Shown piece after piece: positions 38,494 through 48,482 of a DNA stretch of 64,000 bases. The notes under the pieces were generated by a model, which was not told where the DNA came from, did no database searches, and was given only the letters and a program-made list of their open reading frames with translations. Numbering within the stretch: the first letter of the stretch is position 1; every line of letters starts with the position of its first letter. Origin of the DNA: Streptosporangiaceae bacterium (GTDB lineage: Bacteria > Actinomycetota > Actinomycetes > Streptosporangiales > Streptosporangiaceae); assembly GCA_035651595.1 (NCBI GenBank), contig DASRFJ010000316.1:1-64000 (forward strand), given 5' to 3'. Position numbers and translations under genes: made by a program.

Positions 38494-39662
38494 AGACCAC
38501 GCTGCTGATCACGCTGACCGGGCCGGACCGGCCGGGGGTGACCTCACGGTTGTTCGGGGTCCTGGCCAAGCATGCCCTGACCGTGCTCGACATCGAGCAG
38601 GTGGTCATCCGGGGCAAGCTGGTGCTCGGCGTGCTGCTCGACTGCCCCGAGTCTCCCGATTTGACCGGCATTCACCGGGGAGTCACCGCGCTGGCCAGCG
38701 AGCTGGGCCTGGCCGCGGAGATCACCACGGGGCTCGGTGACCTGCCCCGCGCCCGCGGCCGGCTGCACGTGACGCTGCTCGGCAGCCCGCTGACGCCCGC
38801 CGCGATCGGTGCGATCGCCGGGCAGATCGCGGCCAGCGGGGCGAACATCGACCGGATCGCCCGGCTCGCGCGGCGCCCGGTGACCTGCATCGAGCTGGAT
38901 GTCTCCGGCGCCGATCCCGCCTTGCTGCGCGCCGAACTGGCCCGTGCCGCCGCCACATACGGCGTCGACGTCGCGGTGCAGCGCGGCGGGCTGCACCGGC
39001 GGGCGATGCGGCTGATCGTGATGGACGTCGACTCCACGCTCATCCAGGACGAGGTCATCGACCTGCTCGCCGCCCGGGCCGGCTGCGCCGCCGAAGTCGC
39101 GAAGGTGACGTCCGCCGCGATGCGCGGCGAGCTGGACTTCGCCGCCTCGCTGCGGGAGCGGGTCGCGCTGCTGGCCGGCCTGCCGGCCTCGGTGCTCGGC
39201 GAAGTGCGGGACGCGCTGCGGCTGACGCCGGGCGCCGAAACGCTGGTCGCCACGCTGCGGCGGCTCGGCTACAAGACCGGGATCGTCAGCGGCGGCTTCA
39301 GCCAGGTCATCGAGCCGCTCGCGGCCTCGCTCGGCATCGACTACGCGGTCGCGAACCAGCTCGAGGTCGCGGACGGCAAGCTGACCGGGCGGATCTGCGG
39401 GCCGGTCGTGGACCGTGCCGCGAAGGCGGCCGCGCTGCGCCGGTTCGCCGACCAGGCCGGCGTCCCCGTGTCGCAGGCGATCGCGGTCGGCGACGGCGCC
39501 AATGACCTCGACATGATCGCCGCGGCCGGCCTCGGCGTCGCGTTCAACGCCAAGCCGGTCGTCCGCGACGCCGCCGACGCCTCGCTCAGCTTCCCCCACC
39601 TCGACGCGGTCCTCTACCTCCTGGGCATCCCCCGCGACGAAGTAGAAGCCGCCACCAAGTAA
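38490..39662 (+). CDS. serB: phosphoserine phosphatase with N-terminal ACT domains
   Basis: ACT domains (LITLTGPDRPGVTS) followed by HAD motifs (VMDVDSTLI, GDGANDL). Confidence 0.85.
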   Translation: MKTTLLITLTGPDRPGVTSRLFGVLAKHALTVLDIEQVVIRGKLVLGVLLDCPESPDLTGIHRGVTALASELGLAAEITTGLGDLPRARGRLHVTLLGSPLTPAAIGAIAGQIAASGANIDRIARLARRPVTCIELDVSGADPALLRAELARAAATYGVDVAVQRGGLHRRAMRLIVMDVDSTLIQDEVIDLLAARAGCAAEVAKVTSAAMRGELDFAASLRERVALLAGLPASVLGEVRDALRLTPGAETLVATLRRLGYKTGIVSGGFSQVIEPLAASLGIDYAVANQLEVADGKLTGRICGPVVDRAAKAAALRRFADQAGVPVSQAIAVGDGANDLDMIAAAGLGVAFNAKPVVRDAADASLSFPHLDAVLYLLGIPRDEVEAATK

Positions 39663-39910
39663 CCCGCACCGCGCCCGTTTCGTCCGATATGTCGGACGCA
39701 GCGTGCCGATGGCGGGGATTACTAACGTGACACATGACGCCAACGAGACGCAGGCGACAGCCTTTCGTGGCTGAAAGGGCCCGTGGTAGAAAAGGCGCCA
39801 GATCGGCACCCTTTTCTTACAGGGAGCACTTTTCTAGCAGCTAAGCGACGCGCAATGCCGGACATAGGGCACAAATTGCGCAACGCGGGGGAAGCAGGTA
39901 GGTCGTTTGG

Positions 39911-39957
39911 AAAAATAATGGGCCGGTGGAGCCGCCGAACTGCGGCACCACCGGCCC
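39911..39957 (-). terminator. intrinsic terminator of hppA
   Basis: On the minus strand, hairpin GGCCGGTGG...CCACCGGCC is followed by ATTATTTTTCC. Confidence 0.6.
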
Positions 39958-39962
39958 GGGAG

Positions 39963-42350
39963 TTACTTGGCGCGGCGCTCGGTTTGCGCGGGCTCCGGCT
40001 CCTCGAGAGTCTCCACGGCGGGCATCTCGTGCTTGCTCTCGACGGCGGGTGACACCGCGGCGGACACTTCGGTGCTGGCGGGTGCCGGCTCGGCGACGCC
40101 GGACGCGCGGCGCTTGGAGTACACGATCGCCGCGATGATGATTACGATCGCGCCGACCGGAATGCCGATCCGCAGGCCCAGGTTGTGGCTGTACTTGACC
40201 ACGCTGCTCGCGATCAGCAGCGAGACCAGGTTCGTCACCTTGATCAGCGGGTTGATCGCGGGGCCGGCGGTGTCCTTGAACGGGTCGCCGACGGTGTCGC
40301 CGATGACGGTCGCGGCGTGGGCCTCCGAGCCCTTGCCGCCGTGGTTGCCGTCCTCGACGAGCTTCTTGGCGTTGTCCCAGGCGCCGCCGGAGTTGGCCAG
40401 GAACACGGCCATCAGCACGCCCGCGCCGATCGCGCCGGCCAGGTAGGAGCCGAGCGGGCCGTAGCCGAGCGCGAACCCGACCGCGATCGGGGTGAGCACG
40501 GCGAGCAGGCCGGGCGTGACGAGCTCACGCAGCGAGTCCCTGGTGACCAGGTCGATCACGCGGCTGTACTCGGGCTTCTCGGTGCCGTCCATGATGCCGG
40601 GGCGGGTGCGGAACTGGTTCCGCACCTCGAGGACGACCCCCTGCGCGGCGCGGCCCACCGCCATGATCAGCAGGCTGGCGAACAAGAACACGACGGACGC
40701 GCCGACGATGATGCCGACCAGGATGTTCGGCTTGGCGATGTCCAGGCTGAACGTGTTGCCGGCGGTGCCGAGCGCGTCCGACACCTGGGTGCGGAACGAG
40801 CCGAACAACGCGGTCGCGGCCAGCACCGCGGTGGCGATCGCGATGCCCTTGGTGATCGCCTTGGTGGTGTTGCCGATGGCGTCGAGCGTGGTCAGCGCCT
40901 GCGCGGCCTCGCCCTCGACGTCGCCGGACATCTCCGCGATGCCCTGCGCGTTGTCGGTCACCGGGCCGAAGGAGTCCATCGACACGATGACGCCGACGGT
41001 GGTGAGCAGACCGACACCGGCCATCGCGACCGCGAACAGCGCGATCGTCGCGTTGCCGGTGGCGAGCAGATAGGCGCCGAACACGGCGCCGCCGATCAGC
41101 AGCGCCGAGTAGACGCTGGACTCCATGCCGGACGCGATGCCGGACAGGATGACGGTCGCCGCGCCGGTCTCCGAACTCTGCCCGATGTCCTTGACCGGGC
41201 GCCGGTTCGTCTCGGTGAAGTAGCCGGTCAGCAGCTGGATCGCGCTGGCCAGCACCAAGCCGATCAGCACGGCGCCGAACGCGATCCACCGCGGGTTGCC
41301 GTTGAAGGTCAGGATCGAGTGGTCGGTGACACCGGGGAACGAGCTGAACTTGGCCGGCAGGAACGTGAACGACGCGATCGCGACGCCGATCGCCGAAATG
41401 ACCGCCGAGATGAAGAAGCCTCGGTTGATCGAGGTCATCCCGCTGCGGTCACCCTTGCGCGGCCTGACCGAGAAGACGCCGATCACCGCGGTGATCACGC
41501 CGATGCCGGTCACGATCAGCGGGAAGACCAAGCCCTTGTTGCCGAACGCCACCTGCCCCAGGATCAGGCTCGCGACGAGCATCACGGAGTAGGACTCGAA
41601 CAGGTCCGCCGCCATGCCGGCGCAGTCGCCGACGTTGTCACCGACGTTGTCCGCGATCGTCGCCGCGTTACGCGGGTCGTCCTCGGGGATGTTCTGCTCC
41701 ACCTTGCCGACCAGGTCCGCGCCAACGTCCGCGGCTTTGGTGTAGATGCCCCCGCCGACACGCATGAACATGGCGAGCAGCGCCGCGCCGAGGCCGAAGC
41801 CTTCCAGCACATCGGGCGAGTTGCCCTTGTACGCGATCACCACGATCGCGACGCCGAACAGCCCCAGGCCGACGGTGAACATACCGGCCACACCACCGGT
41901 GCGGAACGCGATGCGCATCGCACGCTGTTCGCCGCCCTCACGGGCCGCGGCCGCGACGCGCACGTTGCCGCGTACGCATAGCGACATGCCGGTGAACCCG
42001 GTAAGCGCCGAGAACAACGCGCCGACCAGGAAGAAGCCGCTGCGGCCCCAGCGGACGCCCTCACCGCCGGCCCCCACGGGCAGCAGGAGCAGCACGAAGA
42101 ACAAGATGACGACGAAGACGCTCAGCGTCTTGAACTGGCGACGCAGGTAGGCCGCGGCGCCCTCCTGCACGGCGCGCGCGATCTCCTGCATCCGCTCGGT
42201 GCCCTGGCTAGCCGCGAGCACCTCCCGCACCAGCGCGTACGCCACACCGAGCGCGAGCAGCCCGATGACAGCGACGATCACAACCCAGGTCAGGTTGCTG
42301 CCGCTCACGGTGGCCGAGGGTGCGGCCGCCGCGGCGAGATACCTGGACAT
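39963..42350 (-). CDS. hppA: membrane-bound proton-translocating pyrophosphatase
   Basis: About 795 aa with ~16 TM helices and the conserved DNVGDNVGD motif. Confidence 0.9.
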   Translation of the reverse strand: MSRYLAAAAAPSATVSGSNLTWVVIVAVIGLLALGVAYALVREVLAASQGTERMQEIARAVQEGAAAYLRRQFKTLSVFVVILFFVLLLLPVGAGGEGVRWGRSGFFLVGALFSALTGFTGMSLCVRGNVRVAAAAREGGEQRAMRIAFRTGGVAGMFTVGLGLFGVAIVVIAYKGNSPDVLEGFGLGAALLAMFMRVGGGIYTKAADVGADLVGKVEQNIPEDDPRNAATIADNVGDNVGDCAGMAADLFESYSVMLVASLILGQVAFGNKGLVFPLIVTGIGVITAVIGVFSVRPRKGDRSGMTSINRGFFISAVISAIGVAIASFTFLPAKFSSFPGVTDHSILTFNGNPRWIAFGAVLIGLVLASAIQLLTGYFTETNRRPVKDIGQSSETGAATVILSGIASGMESSVYSALLIGGAVFGAYLLATGNATIALFAVAMAGVGLLTTVGVIVSMDSFGPVTDNAQGIAEMSGDVEGEAAQALTTLDAIGNTTKAITKGIAIATAVLAATALFGSFRTQVSDALGTAGNTFSLDIAKPNILVGIIVGASVVFLFASLLIMAVGRAAQGVVLEVRNQFRTRPGIMDGTEKPEYSRVIDLVTRDSLRELVTPGLLAVLTPIAVGFALGYGPLGSYLAGAIGAGVLMAVFLANSGGAWDNAKKLVEDGNHGGKGSEAHAATVIGDTVGDPFKDTAGPAINPLIKVTNLVSLLIASSVVKYSHNLGLRIGIPVGAIVIIIAAIVYSKRRASGVAEPAPASTEVSAAVSPAVESKHEMPAVETLEEPEPAQTERRAK

Positions 42351-42503
42351 TCGACCTCCTGGATCCAGGAATGGAAGTAGCCGATCGTGCCGATCGGGGA
42401 GAGACAGTAAGTGGCCGGGAGTCTACGCAGGCACACGGCCAATCATGAACCCGTGACGGTTCCTAACATTTCCGAGACGTAATCGTTATCATGACGATGT
42501 GCG

Positions 42504-42983
42504 TCAGTTATCGAGACTGAGCGCTTCAGCTTGGCGCGATAACGCCTCGGCGGCGACCTGCGCCGGCCACGTCATGCGGACGCTGACGCCCGTGCCCGTC
42601 GCCGAGATCCGGACGTCATCGGCAAGCCCGGAGATTACCGCGAGCCCGAAACCGGCGGGGAACGACACGCCGTTGTCCTGCATCGCGCTTGTCTTGCCGT
42701 TCGCGCTGCCGCTGGCGTTCGAGCCCGCTGGGCCGGGTACCGCGTCACGCACGATGACCTCGAACTTCTCGCCGAGGTCGGACAGTTCGATCCGGATAGG
42801 TTCCGCCGGGCAGTGCCTGCGGTGCGCCTCGACGGCGCGCGAGCATGCCTCGCCCACCGCGAGGCGGACCTCGTCAAGCAGTGATTCTTCGACACCGCTG
42901 CGCCGCGCAACCGCGGTTGCCACTAGCCGCGCGGTCCGGACGTGCGCGGGCAGCGGTGTGAATGCGACCTCGACCGTGGCCAT
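42504..42983 (-). CDS. anti-sigma regulatory factor (RsbW-like HATPase kinase)
   Basis: About 159 aa of HATPase_c_2 type, immediately downstream of a STAS gene. Confidence 0.65.
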   Translation of the reverse strand: MATVEVAFTPLPAHVRTARLVATAVARRSGVEESLLDEVRLAVGEACSRAVEAHRRHCPAEPIRIELSDLGEKFEVIVRDAVPGPAGSNASGSANGKTSAMQDNGVSFPAGFGLAVISGLADDVRISATGTGVSVRMTWPAQVAAEALSRQAEALSLDN

Positions 42984-43006
42984 TCGGGAAGGCCTCCCTG
43001 GCCGGG

Positions 43007-43357
43007 CTACTTCTCGGACTTCCGGGCCGCGATGGCCAGGTCCACGGTGTCGTGGATGCCGAACACCTTGGTCAGGCCGGTGATCCGGAAGATCTTGAGA
43101 ATCCGCTCCTGCGTGCAGACCAGGTCCAGCGAGCCGTCGTGGGCCCGGACCCGCTTGAGTCCGCCCACCAGCACGCCGAGGCCGGTCGAGTCGAGAAACT
43201 CGACCTTCTCCATGTTCACCACGAGCTGGTAATTGTTCTTGTTGACGAGATCGATCAGCAGCTCGCGCAGCCGTGGCGCCGTGTAGACATCGATCTCACC
43301 CTCGACGTCGACGACCTCGATGCCGTCCTTGGTGTAATGACCCAGCTTCAGATCCAC
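43007..43357 (-). CDS. anti-sigma factor antagonist (STAS domain)
   Basis: GGAGGA lies before the GTG. The sequence ([34 protein letters not shown]...[13 protein letters not shown]) has the phosphorylatable DSTG/S motif. Confidence 0.75.
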   Translation of the reverse strand: MDLKLGHYTKDGIEVVDVEGEIDVYTAPRLRELLIDLVNKNNYQLVVNMEKVEFLDSTGLGVLVGGLKRVRAHDGSLDLVCTQERILKIFRITGLTKVFGIHDTVDLAIAARKSEK

Positions 43358-43526
43358 AAATCCTCCAGCGCCATGCACGGCGTCATGTAAGCGTCCCACC
43401 CCGGCGCGCGGGCTGGCGTGGCTCGAGCGCCGTTGATCCTCTGCGGCATTCAACCACGCTCCGATGTCATGTCTACACATAATCATGCCTTCGGGCATCA
43501 CCCAACGGGTGACACACTGAAAACCT

Positions 43527-45902
43527 GTGCCGACACTCACGCCGATCCCTCCTACAGGGCCTGCCGCCGAGTCTACGACCGACCGCGCGCAGGCTGAGTA
43601 CTCGCGCGCTCTCGGCGTGCTGCTCGATGCGGCGCCGCCGGACTGCGCGATGCACGTCTCGCACATCCCGGGTCGCGAGGGACGGCGTGTGCCCTGGCCA
43701 GCATGGGTGCCCGCGGATATCGCGGCGGTGTTCGGCGCTAGGGGCATCGACGCGCCCTGGTCGCATCAGGCGGCCGCGGCCAGCCACGCGCACGACGGCC
43801 GCAATGTGATCATCTCCACGCCGGCCGCGTCGGGTAAGTCCCTCGCCTACCTGCTGCCGGCGCTTACCGCCATCGCGGCCGGCGAAACCGTGCTGTATAT
43901 CACTCCCACGAAGGCGCTGGCCGCCGATCAGCTCGCCGCGTTGAAGGCGCTCGAGGTGCCCGGCCTGCACGCCGCAGTGCTGGATGGCGACACCTCGCAG
44001 GCCGAACGCGCGTGGGCGCGCAGCCACGCGAGGTACCTGCTCACCACGCCGGACATGCTGCACTGCGCGCTGCTGCCCGGGCACAAGCGATGGTCCGGGT
44101 TCTTCAGCCGGCTGCGGTACGTGATCGTGGACGAGTGCCACGGGTACCGGGGGATCTTCGGCTCGCACGTGGCGCAGGTGCTGCGGCGGCTGCGGCGCGT
44201 AGTCGCGCACCACCGGGTGGCGGCCGATGTCCCCGGACCGGTTTTCGTACTGGCGTCGGCGACGGTCGGCGACCCGGCCGGCTGCGCCCGCCTGCTGACC
44301 GGCCTGCCGGCCGAGGCGGTGACCGAGGATGGCTCGCCGCGCGGACCGCTCGCGTTCGTCCTGCTCGAGCCCCCGCTCACCGGCGCGCGCGGCGAGTCCG
44401 GCGCACGGCTGCGCCGGACCGCGACGATGCAGACCGCGGAGCTGCTCGCCAGCCTGGTCCAGGAGAACGTGCAGACGCTCGCGTTCATCAGGTCGCGGCG
44501 CGGCGCCGAGGCGGTCGCGCTCGCCGCCCGCGGCCACCTCAACGGGGCTGGCAGCCCCGCCGGCACAGCCGGCCCCGCTGGCAGGGTCGCCGCGTACCGG
44601 TCGGGCTACCTGGCCGAGGATCGCCGCATGCTCGAGGCCGCGTTGAACTCGGGCGAGCTCACCGGGCTGGCCACCACGACGGCGCTGGAGCTCGGCATCG
44701 ACATCAGCGGGCTCGACGCGGTGCTGATCGCGGGGTGGCCGGGCACCTGGGCCTCGCTGTGGCAGCAGGCGGGCCGGGCCGGGCGCGGCGGCCAGAGCGC
44801 CGCCGCGGTGCTGATCGCCCGCGACGACCCGCTCGACACCTACCTGGTCCGTCATCCGGAGGTACTGCTGGGCCACCCGGTGGAGGCGACCGTCCTCGAC
44901 CCGGCCAACGCCTACGTGCTCGCGCCGCACCTGAACGCGGCCGCCGCGGAGCTGCCGCTGACCGACGCGGACATGACGTTGTTCGGGCCGGCCGCGCGCC
45001 CGGTCGCCGACGAGCTGACCGCTGCTGGCCGACTGCGGCGCCGGCCGGGCGCGTGGTACGCGCTGCGGCGGGACACGTCGAGCTTGCGCGGCGGCGGCAT
45101 CGGGCCGGTGCGCGTGGTCGAGGAGGAGACCGGGCGGCTGGTCGGTACCGTCGACGAGCCGTCCGCGCACCTGCTCGTGCACGACGGCGCGGTGTACCTG
45201 CACCAGGGTGACAGCTACCTGGTGAGCGGCCTGTACCTGCCGGACCGGGTCGCGCTCGTGTCGTCCGGCGACCCCGGTTACACGACGATGGCGCGGGCCA
45301 CCACCGAGATCGCGGTGCGGGACGTGCTGCGGCACGCCGCGTGGGGCGAGGCGGACCTGCGGTTCGGCGACGTGCAGGTCACCCGGCAGGTCGTCTCGTA
45401 CGCGCGGCGCAGCGCCGATACCGGCACCTCGCTCGGCGACACGCCGCTGGACCTGCCGCCACGCCAGCTGGTCACCCGCGCGGTGTGGTGGACGCTGTCC
45501 GCGGCGCAGCGGGCCGGGCTCGCGGCCGGCGGTTTCGATCTGGCCGGAGCGGCACACGCGACCGAGCACGCCTCGATCGCGCTGCTGCCGTTGTTCGCGA
45601 CGTGCGACCGCTGGGACATCGGCGGCGTGTCCGCCGACCCGCACCCGGCGACCGGTCAGCTGAGCGTCTTCGTCTACGACGGGCACGACGGCGGGGCCGG
45701 CTTCGCCGAGCGCGGCTTCGGCGCCGCCGCGGACTGGCTGCGCGCCACCCGCCAGGCGATCGCCTCCTGCGAATGCGAGCACGGCTGCCCGTCCTGCGTC
45801 CAGTCACCCAAGTGCGGCAGCGGAAACCATCCGCTTTCCAAACGCGGCGCCGTCGCGCTGCTGGACGCTCTGCTGGCCGGCGCTCCCCCGCCGGGGCAGT
45901 AA
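43527..45902 (+). CDS. DEAD/DEAH-box helicase with C-terminal DUF1998 four-Cys domain (YprA/MrfA-like)
   Basis: Walker [13 protein letters not shown] box, helicase C domain. The C-terminus carries [20 protein letters not shown]. Confidence 0.8.
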   Translation: MPTLTPIPPTGPAAESTTDRAQAEYSRALGVLLDAAPPDCAMHVSHIPGREGRRVPWPAWVPADIAAVFGARGIDAPWSHQAAAASHAHDGRNVIISTPAASGKSLAYLLPALTAIAAGETVLYITPTKALAADQLAALKALEVPGLHAAVLDGDTSQAERAWARSHARYLLTTPDMLHCALLPGHKRWSGFFSRLRYVIVDECHGYRGIFGSHVAQVLRRLRRVVAHHRVAADVPGPVFVLASATVGDPAGCARLLTGLPAEAVTEDGSPRGPLAFVLLEPPLTGARGESGARLRRTATMQTAELLASLVQENVQTLAFIRSRRGAEAVALAARGHLNGAGSPAGTAGPAGRVAAYRSGYLAEDRRMLEAALNSGELTGLATTTALELGIDISGLDAVLIAGWPGTWASLWQQAGRAGRGGQSAAAVLIARDDPLDTYLVRHPEVLLGHPVEATVLDPANAYVLAPHLNAAAAELPLTDADMTLFGPAARPVADELTAAGRLRRRPGAWYALRRDTSSLRGGGIGPVRVVEEETGRLVGTVDEPSAHLLVHDGAVYLHQGDSYLVSGLYLPDRVALVSSGDPGYTTMARATTEIAVRDVLRHAAWGEADLRFGDVQVTRQVVSYARRSADTGTSLGDTPLDLPPRQLVTRAVWWTLSAAQRAGLAAGGFDLAGAAHATEHASIALLPLFATCDRWDIGGVSADPHPATGQLSVFVYDGHDGGAGFAERGFGAAADWLRATRQAIASCECEHGCPSCVQSPKCGSGNHPLSKRGAVALLDALLAGAPPPGQ

Positions 45903-46278
45903 CAATTGCACAATCGTCCTGCTAGATGCGCCAATTACGCATGAGAACGGCCAAGTTGAGCACCCTGAGTAGCGAAAGTGCGGTTTCGATATACGCAACG
46001 TGGTTATTTTGGGTGCATAGGAAGCTTTGGGGCCTACTTGCCTGTAGCAGGTCGTCCTACCTGTACGTATCGGCCGGTCCCTGAAAAGGGGGCGGCCCCC
46101 GCCGGGGGGGAGAGCGGGGGCCGCGTACGGGTCCGGCCCTGGGGGGGGAGGCCGGCTCCGTCCTTTCGGAAAGCTTATCTGCATTGGGCTCGCGTATCGA
46201 CTACGGGATCCCGCATACAGCGTCAGCCAATGGAATTACAACATATCGCGCACGATCATGAACAGTACTATCGCCCGA

Positions 46279-46305
46279 CGACCTGCCGAACGGCAGGTTT
46301 TTTCA
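46279..46305 (+). terminator. Rho-independent terminator in the non-coding island
   Basis: Hairpin CCTGCCgaacGGCAGG followed by TTTTTT. Confidence 0.6.
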
Positions 46306-46888
46306 CTCTGTAAGACGTTGCTACACCCCTCAAGTATGTGATCGTTCAACATCTACACCTTAAGGATCGGTGTTTTTGCACCCGTCGAGCCGCCGTCCCA
46401 CCAGGCAAGACGCCTGACCGCCCGGGCCTTGCGGCCGAGCCGGGGCACGGCCGCCGACGCCGCGCGGGCGGTCGCTTGGCGGCGGGCCTGAGGTCGCGGT
46501 CGCGGCGGCCGTCGCGCCTTTGGCGGGCATCGCATCAGGAACCTCAATTACGGCATATTTCCCATTCAGGCACGAACACCCCAGTATTCCGCGCTTTGCT
46601 CGCCGGCAAAGCCACTGGTGAGGGACATGTGATCATGCCGACTGATTAAGATCACGAATTGATCACACCTAGGGCTTTGCAGCACCGCGGTTTCGTCGTA
46701 CAACGGAGGTACGGACGCGGGAGCGTCCGGGCACGGCAGCCGGGTACCCACGCGCGACCAGCCGCGGGAGGCGTGTCAGGGCAGGTCAGGCCACAACAGC
46801 CGACCTGACCGACAGAGATAGGTGCACGCTTGGTAGCCCGGAATGACGTGGCGCGCGGCGGCGCCCCTGCCAGGGGCGCCGTTCGCTT

Positions 46889-47160
46889 TCACGGGCTTGT
46901 CTGGCGCGGCTGGCGCGGGTGATTCGGCGGCACGGCTGCTTCGGCTGGCGCGGCTGCTTCGGCTGGCGCAGTTGGCGCGGGCTGGCGCGGGCTGGCGCGG
47001 CTGCTTCGGCTGGCGCGGCGGCCCGGGCTGGCGCGGCTGGCGCGGGTGGGACCGGCGGGCGCGCCCGGCGCGGTTCGCCCGGCAGTCCGCTTGGCGCGGC
47101 TTGGCGCGGCTGGCCCGGCCGGCTGGCGCGGTTCGCTGGCCGCCAGGCGGGGCTGCGGAC
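46889..47160. repeat. degenerate tandem repeats of GGCTGGCGCG / GCTGCTTCGGCTGGCGCG units
   Basis: More than 15 imperfect copies read directly from the sequence. Only low-complexity overlapping ORFs cover this stretch. Confidence 0.7.
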
Positions 47161-47816
47161 AGCAGACCGGCTCGACCGGCCTCGATAGCGTGGTGGTTTT
47201 ACCCTTTGTGGTAACCGGGCCCTCGTGTACAGGGGTCGATCCTCCACGAAGGGTTAATTTTCCACGTTGCTGAAGGGCCTGTCGGTGCGCTCCTATCCCG
47301 ACAGTCGCACAGTGCACTACAGTAACAGCCCGCGCAGCCGGCGGCGGCAACGGCGGCATCAGCCGCACGCACGCAATTAGCCCACGGGATCCGCTCCAGG
47401 GATAAGTGGCAATAACCGGACGTACCCGACAGAGCGCCCGGAACATAGCTAGATGTCCGGGTTCGCGGGTTCCGTGAGGGGCGCAACCGCGGACTTCACC
47501 TAAACCCCTAGCGGTCGGCACACGGCTGGCCCACGCCGCTCTGCGCCACCGGCAGTCAATCACAATCACCTTTTATAGTGATATCGTCCCGTTGTTCCTA
47601 ATATTTACCTATTAATGACGTGGGTCCACAACAGCACAACAACCCGGCTCCTGCCCAGCCGCGTCGCCGCGGGGCATGAAACGCCGCGCTGGCAGGGGGA
47701 TGCTGCGCTGTTAGCTATCGAGACCGTTAGCCTTGGACCTTGTCCGAATATGCTCTGCCCCGCAGAGTGCCTGTGCGGGATCTCGGGGGCCTGGGGCGCG
47801 ATGGGAGAGGGACTCA

Positions 47817-48482
47817 ATGGTCCGCAGCGGAACGCCGGAGCCTGCCGGCAGCGACCAGTCGCTGGGGGATCTCGTGTCCCTGGCCATGAAGGACATGTCG
47901 CAGCTCGTCAGGTACGAGATCGACCTCGCGAAAACCGAGCTGCGCGGTGACCTCAAGCGAGTCGGGCTGGCCAGCGCGCTCGGCGGCGTCGCCGCGTTCA
48001 CCGGATGCCTGGTCCTGGTCCTGCTCTGCATCGCGTTCGCCTACGGGCTGGTCGCCCTCGGCATCTGGACTTGGGCAGCGTTCTTGATAGTGGCCGGGGT
48101 CTGCGTGGCGCTGGCCGGCGGCGCGGTGGGCATCGCCGTCCTCAAGATGCGCCACCTGTCCGGCATGAAGCAGACCAGGGAGTCGTTCACCCAGGGTCTG
48201 GGCGTGCTGCGCCGCGACGGCAAGGACCAGGACGGCAAGGACCACCGTGGCAAGGACCACCTCGCCTCGGGCGGCGACGCGAAGATCATCGCGGACGGAG
48301 ACAGGCAGGGCTCGGCGCGGATCAGCCTGGGTGCGGGCTCCAGCGACGGCCAGCGGCCGGCCGGCGGGACCGGCAGCGACGGGACCGGCACCGGCGGGAC
48401 CGGCACCGGCGGGCGCGGCACTGACGGGACCGGCGAGCCCGGCGAACTCGGTACCGGCGGCCACTCAGTCGCGCAGCGGTGA
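47817..48482 (+). CDS. actinobacterial holin-X (holin superfamily III, PF07332-like) membrane protein with Gly/Thr-rich tail
   Basis: GGGAGAGGG RBS. The family signature SLGDLVSLAMKDMSQLVRYEIDLAKTELRGDLKR is followed by two TM helices and a GTGGTGTGG tail. Confidence 0.6.
   Translation: MVRSGTPEPAGSDQSLGDLVSLAMKDMSQLVRYEIDLAKTELRGDLKRVGLASALGGVAAFTGCLVLVLLCIAFAYGLVALGIWTWAAFLIVAGVCVALAGGAVGIAVLKMRHLSGMKQTRESFTQGLGVLRRDGKDQDGKDHRGKDHLASGGDAKIIADGDRQGSARISLGAGSSDGQRPAGGTGSDGTGTGGTGTGGRGTDGTGEPGELGTGGHSVAQR

Noticed and set aside
43358-43747. N-terminal 130 aa extension of the STAS ORF
   Set aside because: The STAS homology starts at the GTG at 43357, which is preceded by GGAGGA. The upstream part is non-conserved and lies in the helicase promoter region.
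45975-46000. GGTTTCGA motif reminiscent of the tmRNA 5' end
   Set aside because: The flanking sequence does not match the highly conserved tmRNA 5'/3' ends or a tag reading frame.
46786-47569. Two overlapping minus-strand ORFs (153 and 226 aa) over the GGCTGGCGCG repeats
   Set aside because: Translation is repeat-driven low complexity (PAAPARAAAPAEAAAP, QPKQPRQPKQP), and two frames are open at once. More likely non-coding repeat DNA or a decayed gene.
47606-47616. Single DnaA-box-like GTCCACAA
   Set aside because: Isolated; no cluster and no dnaA/dnaN context, so not an origin.
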